Below, one piece after another: positions 59,401 through 64,000 of a stretch of DNA of 64,000 nt (the stretch's first letter is position 1; every line of letters begins with the position of its first letter). The position numbers and the translations under genes were made by a program. The DNA is from Phoronis australis. Lineage: Eukaryota; Animalia; Phoronida. The DNA is taken from positions 53,245 through 117,244 of the forward strand of contig NMRA01000818.1 of NCBI GenBank assembly GCA_002633005.1, given 5' to 3'. A model generated the notes under the pieces. The model searched no databases. It was not told the origin of the DNA and worked only from the letters and a program-made list of their open reading frames with translations.

Positions 59401-62400
59401 AGCAAAATAACCCCTCGTTCGATTTTAATGAAACCTTTGTTAAATGAAAATTTCACCAGTTACCTCAAAACCTGTTAGGTATTTTCGATTAGTCTTTTCG
59501 TTTGGTTGAAAATCAACTCGCAAAACATATTAGGTATTTTTGTAAAAAATGGAAGTCGTGTTTGTCACATTATGCAAAAACCAGGCCTTTGTATCGAAAA
59601 CCCTGATAGTGTTTTTGAGATTGGTGACTAAATATTAAGTTTGGAAAGTTTCAGTGAAATCCACTGATTTGCCAAAGCCGATTAAACTCGGACGAGTGAT
59701 GGTCTCAAGTCTTCGGTTCGTTATGTTAGCTATTTTAACATTCATTCGCAATGTCAACTGATTTTGCTGTGTTCAATTAAAATTAAGTCTGGTATTGAAA
59801 CTACTGTTTGGTTTGAGTATTCACATTGTTTTATTAAACCATATAAAAATATTCAAAAATTAGGTTACTCTTGCGATGTTAAATGAAAAAGCGAAATATA
59901 AAATACAAATTGCACACAGATAACTAAATAGCAAATTTCACCAAAAGCGGACTTTATGGGCAAAATGCACAAATGAACATGAGTTTAGCTGTAAAGCAAC
60001 TTCATCTTACACATTTTTAAACGAATTCTTTAATATGAATATTGCAGGTTTTGTACAATTTAGTGAATAGCCAGAAACACCTGACAAAGTACAAAACACC
60101 AGCAGCATTATATTTTCTATAAACTGCTGCATTGGTTTCCACATCGGGCTTATAAAAACAACTTCAGTTATGCAAGCCTCGAACTCGGCGGACAGCCACC
60201 ATGGAGTCGGTCTTTACCTCTTGTGCAAGTCATTTTAGCCACTCGGTGTTCAAATGCCATTAGATTCGATTTGATAAATTTATTAGACATATATAGTACA
60301 TAAAGAAATCTATACAAAAGTATTTGCAGCGCTCGAGTTATTCCACAAATGCCGGCTGTAAGGTGTACTTCTTGAGAATTGTATACAGGCGTAAGCACGC
60401 TGTGTTTTTGGAAACACAAAAGTCAGCCTGAGGCGAAGCTGTGAACAAAAAGCATGAGTTCAAGCTCAAGTTTTGTAAGGGGTAATTATTTGAGAGGTGG
60501 ACGTTTATGTGGGTGAAAATTTGCACAAAGTAGTTTTAAAACCCAACCAGGGGGCGACTAAACTGAAAAATTTAAGTCTGGGATGGGCGATTACCTGGCA
60601 TGGGCGTTAACCCGCGAGTTTACAGTAATACAATAAATATAATAACAAAAATACGAGACAAATCAAATTAATATGTAAATGTACGAAAGAAGGATATGAT
60701 CAGGATCAGAATTCAAAGTCGACCAAAACAAACACATTTAAGAACAATGATGTATCAATTCTTCATAAGAAACCACATCTAGGCTTTGCAGAAAACGGCC
60801 CCGACAGCACTGCAAATCGTAGATGGCACAAAGAAGGTCTGTACTTGTAAATTTAGAGAATCGCACAAATCCTATGAATGCATTGTGACACACATGAAAT
60901 ACAAAATTTATTAAATGTGGAAGATTGATACCTCCACCATAAATGGTCCCTATACATAGGTGTACACCAATAAGATGAACAGCTTAACTTTTACAGGAGA
61001 GCTAAATAAGAAACTTACAAGTGAAACATGAACAATGCATCACCATATGACTCCATGTGAACACTGTGTAAGATGTGTAGAGCACTCGTACATGTGAACA
61101 TGTAAAATTATGTAAAAAGCATTCCAGTAGCAAAATATTAATGCTGCCATTGTACACTACAAAAATATTCATCTGAATATACCTCTAGACGGAATAAGTG
61201 GATTGTCTTGAGTAATCTGAATATAGGTACAAATCCATCACTACATCCCAGCTGATAAATGTCAGTCACATGATCACAGTTAAAATCTCGCAAATTTGAA
61301 CAAAAACAATTACCAGAATTGCGGGCTTTCTACACATTTCTGAATACCCACAATGCCCAAAATATTGCTTCCAAATAATTAGGGTAAGCATACACAGATG
61401 CAAATGCACGTGTTAATAAACATTTCTAAAAATACAAGATTAAAAAAATATTCTCACTACATCACAACCACACAGAAAACATGTCAAAATAACTTGGTCT
61501 TTTCTTTTGATTCATGGCTGAGTTTTCAACAACACAAAAATGACAAGGGTGCCTGCACACACAGAAGACAGGCTGGTGGTGGCTGAAAATATCAACCTTG
61601 GAATGAGTTTGTGGACAGTCAAGAATCCTTAAGAACATTTGATCCTGAGGTAGAATTCAAATCGAAGTAGCTAATAAAGTCATGTAATAAAACAGGAAAT
61701 ATGCCCATACGTGTGCGACATTGCCATCTATTGGGAATATGAAGAATAGCAAAGTGGGATAGTGGGAGTTCTAAATTTATCTTAGGACTGTGCAGTCCCT
61801 TCCAGTCTTGCGTTTTTAGTAGGCGCCCTTAAAGACCCTGCTCAAATCAGCTCAGCTGCAGCCACAAGTTATGAATGAACTTTCCCAAGTTGCAACATAA
61901 GAAGCAACTGGCAATATAGTAACTCTTTGGCCATTTGAAAACCCCTAGACATATGTTAGTGAAGCACTATCTCATTAATTCTGAATAATCCTTACAGGTA
62001 AGGCACTAAGGCTAATCAAGCTCAGCATGCAGTTTTAATCAAACAAGGTCAATATTATTATAGCTTTTTGGACTTGTTGGAAGTTCCACACTAACCTCAC
62101 GTAAGCTTAATAACAGTGTGGCAGATTTTTCTATTTTCATCCACTTTAGATTTCCACATGAGCTATGTTGTGACAGGTGGGATTTTCTTATTTTTCGTCA
62201 CCAGTTTGAAAACTAGTTTTGCTTGTTGGTGGAATTTACTAAAGATGATCAGCTAAAATTTTGTAAGAGATCAGTAGTCTTCAAGCTTATCCAACTATAA
62301 TTATTAAGCAAGCATAGAGCTTCAAGCTTGGAAAAGAATTCTAAATAAATAGACATGCTGATAAGCTTGATCAACCTTGGTCAAATTAAGCTAAGTACTT

Positions 62401-62615
62401 TTACAAGATTTCCAATTTTAATTACGGTAATATTATTAAGATGCAACGTTTCAATTTGAGTAGTTGATACAATTACAGCTGGTTATGCAATTTCTGAACC
62501 AGATAGTGATAATATAACACTAAAATGGAGATGCCCTTTGAAATGCTGGTGTTAGAAAAGGTGGACTGACTGTCTGTCTTGAGGAAAGTCACTAGATTGG
62601 GTGTAATGCTCATCA

Positions 62616-62690
62616 TCACTTGAAGTTGGAGTAAGTTTGATAACTCTCAATAAAATTCAAGACTGCATCATAAATCATCTTGTACTGGAT
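62616..62690 (-). CDS. Receptor-type protein tyrosine phosphatase, last coding exon
   Basis: ttccag|IQYKMIYDAVLNFIESYQTYSNFK*: the QY..Y..V helix and YSNF tail typical of RPTP D2 C-termini. Confidence 0.88.
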   Translation of the reverse strand: MQYKMIYDAVLNFIESYQTYSNFK

Positions 62691-63529
62691 CTGGAATAAA
62701 GACAGATGCAACATGAATTGATATAAATGCTTTGCAGAGGGAAAAAGAACAAGACGCTTATTTTGTGTTTTTAAAAATCTGCTTGTTTTCTCCTGTTTAA
62801 CTTCCACGACTCATAAAACATCATGACATTCAGAGCATGACGGCGTTTTCTCGTTCAGTGACTTTACCAGACCTAGACGGTTGTGAGCGCATGATAACAT
62901 CTAGCTTCTTTGTTAACTGCAAAGCACAGTCTTTTGTCTGGTATGTCAACAGGCAGGCCAATTATCTACTAGGCTTAGTACAGACCACATGTGAACTCGG
63001 TCAAACCAAGAGCGAATTTGTACGTTCAGAAAGAATAGATTGTCGTAACTTTGGTTGCAGTTGGGCGATTTTGGCGATTTAAAAACTAAACATGGTCATG
63101 ACGAGGATTTCAAATATGTTATAACTTAACTTTTATATTTAACAGCACAGCCCAGTCATAGATGTAACACATGAGGTTGAAGACAAGCCTGTGATAATTG
63201 TTCACTATAACAATATACACTCTCTCAAGTTAACAGGAACCATTCTAGTGACGTCTTACACCTTTGTGGCAAATTTCATTAAAATCCAACATATTCAGCA
63301 GACAACAGAACGACGAGCAAAGACACAATAACAAGTGACCACGTGCGTGCGTGTGCATGACCTGTATATGTATTTGAGTGCTTAAAAATGTTGTAACACT
63401 AGTTCATGGTTTTTAGTCGCTAGTGAGGAGTCCATAATGGACCTGCCATCAATTTCAATTTTGTGTAGTCCATAAATACAAAAAAACTTTAACATTTGAT
63501 TGAAACACCCACAACTTGATGCTACTTAC

Positions 63530-63665
63530 AACTGAGCTGATGCATTGTGGTCGAAACTGTCGGATGTGTTTCACAGCTTGGAACACATCAACTTCCTGTT
63601 CCAGTTGAATTTTTTCACACGCTGTGACTAAAGCCAAATACAAACCGCTTCTTTCCGCACCATTT
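63530..63665 (-). CDS. Receptor-type protein tyrosine phosphatase, penultimate exon (D2 domain)
   Basis: 136-nt AG..GT exon encoding NGAERSGLYLALVTACEKIQLEQEVDVFQAVKHIRQFRPQCISSV, in phase with the last exon. Confidence 0.92.
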
Positions 63666-63852
63666 CTGAAACAATTATTATTAATGTACTTCTGCTAGTA
63701 TAGTACCAATGACAAACTACAGCACACAAACTACATCACATAAACTACATCACTCAAACAGACTGTTCTGAAACCCCCTCAATCCCCACACCCCTTGACC
63801 GTCTCAACCCACGATAAGTGAGTGCCTACCCTCAAAGGAGGGGTTAATAAAT

Positions 63853-64000
63853 AAGTGCTTACCAGCAACACTTACTCAAAGGGGGAGGGTAAACAAGTGC
63901 CTACCAGCAACACTTGCTCAAAGGGGGAGGGTAAATAAGTGCCTACCAGCATCACTTGCTCAAAGGGGGTAGGGTAAATAAATGCCTACCAGCAACACTT
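63853..64000. repeat. 42-bp intronic minisatellite AAGTGCCTACCAGCAACACTTGCTCAAAGGGGGAGGGTAAAT
   Basis: At least 3.5 copies, running off the window end. Confidence 0.93.

Overview
Animal (probably invertebrate) genomic DNA dominated by transposons, with no prokaryotic features. The left ~29 kb is a head-to-tail array of ~7.0 kb units. Each unit carries a minus-strand R2-type non-LTR retrotransposon (three N-terminal zinc fingers, Myb, RT, CCHC knuckle, restriction-like endonuclease). These R2 copies are not in rDNA. Each keeps only a ~20-bp 28S remnant (AGTAtCTATGACTCTCTTAA), which supplies P1 of a recognisable HDV-like ribozyme, and each lacks the downstream 28S flank and apparently the 3'UTR. 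The R2 pieces are interleaved, always co-oriented, with exon/intron fragments of a C2H2-zinc-finger + tyrosine-recombinase (Crypton-like) gene. An inverted set of the same R2/recombinase mosaic lies at ~48-56 kb. There the R2 Myb region runs in frame into a splice donor of the recombinase gene. The rest holds Merlin, Harbinger, ISL2EU-like, Kolobok-like, Penelope and LINE remnants, minisatellites, three single-N assembly joins with duplicated flanks, and the last two coding exons of a receptor-type protein tyrosine phosphatase gene (minus strand). All family calls come from motif recognition by eye; no database searches were run.
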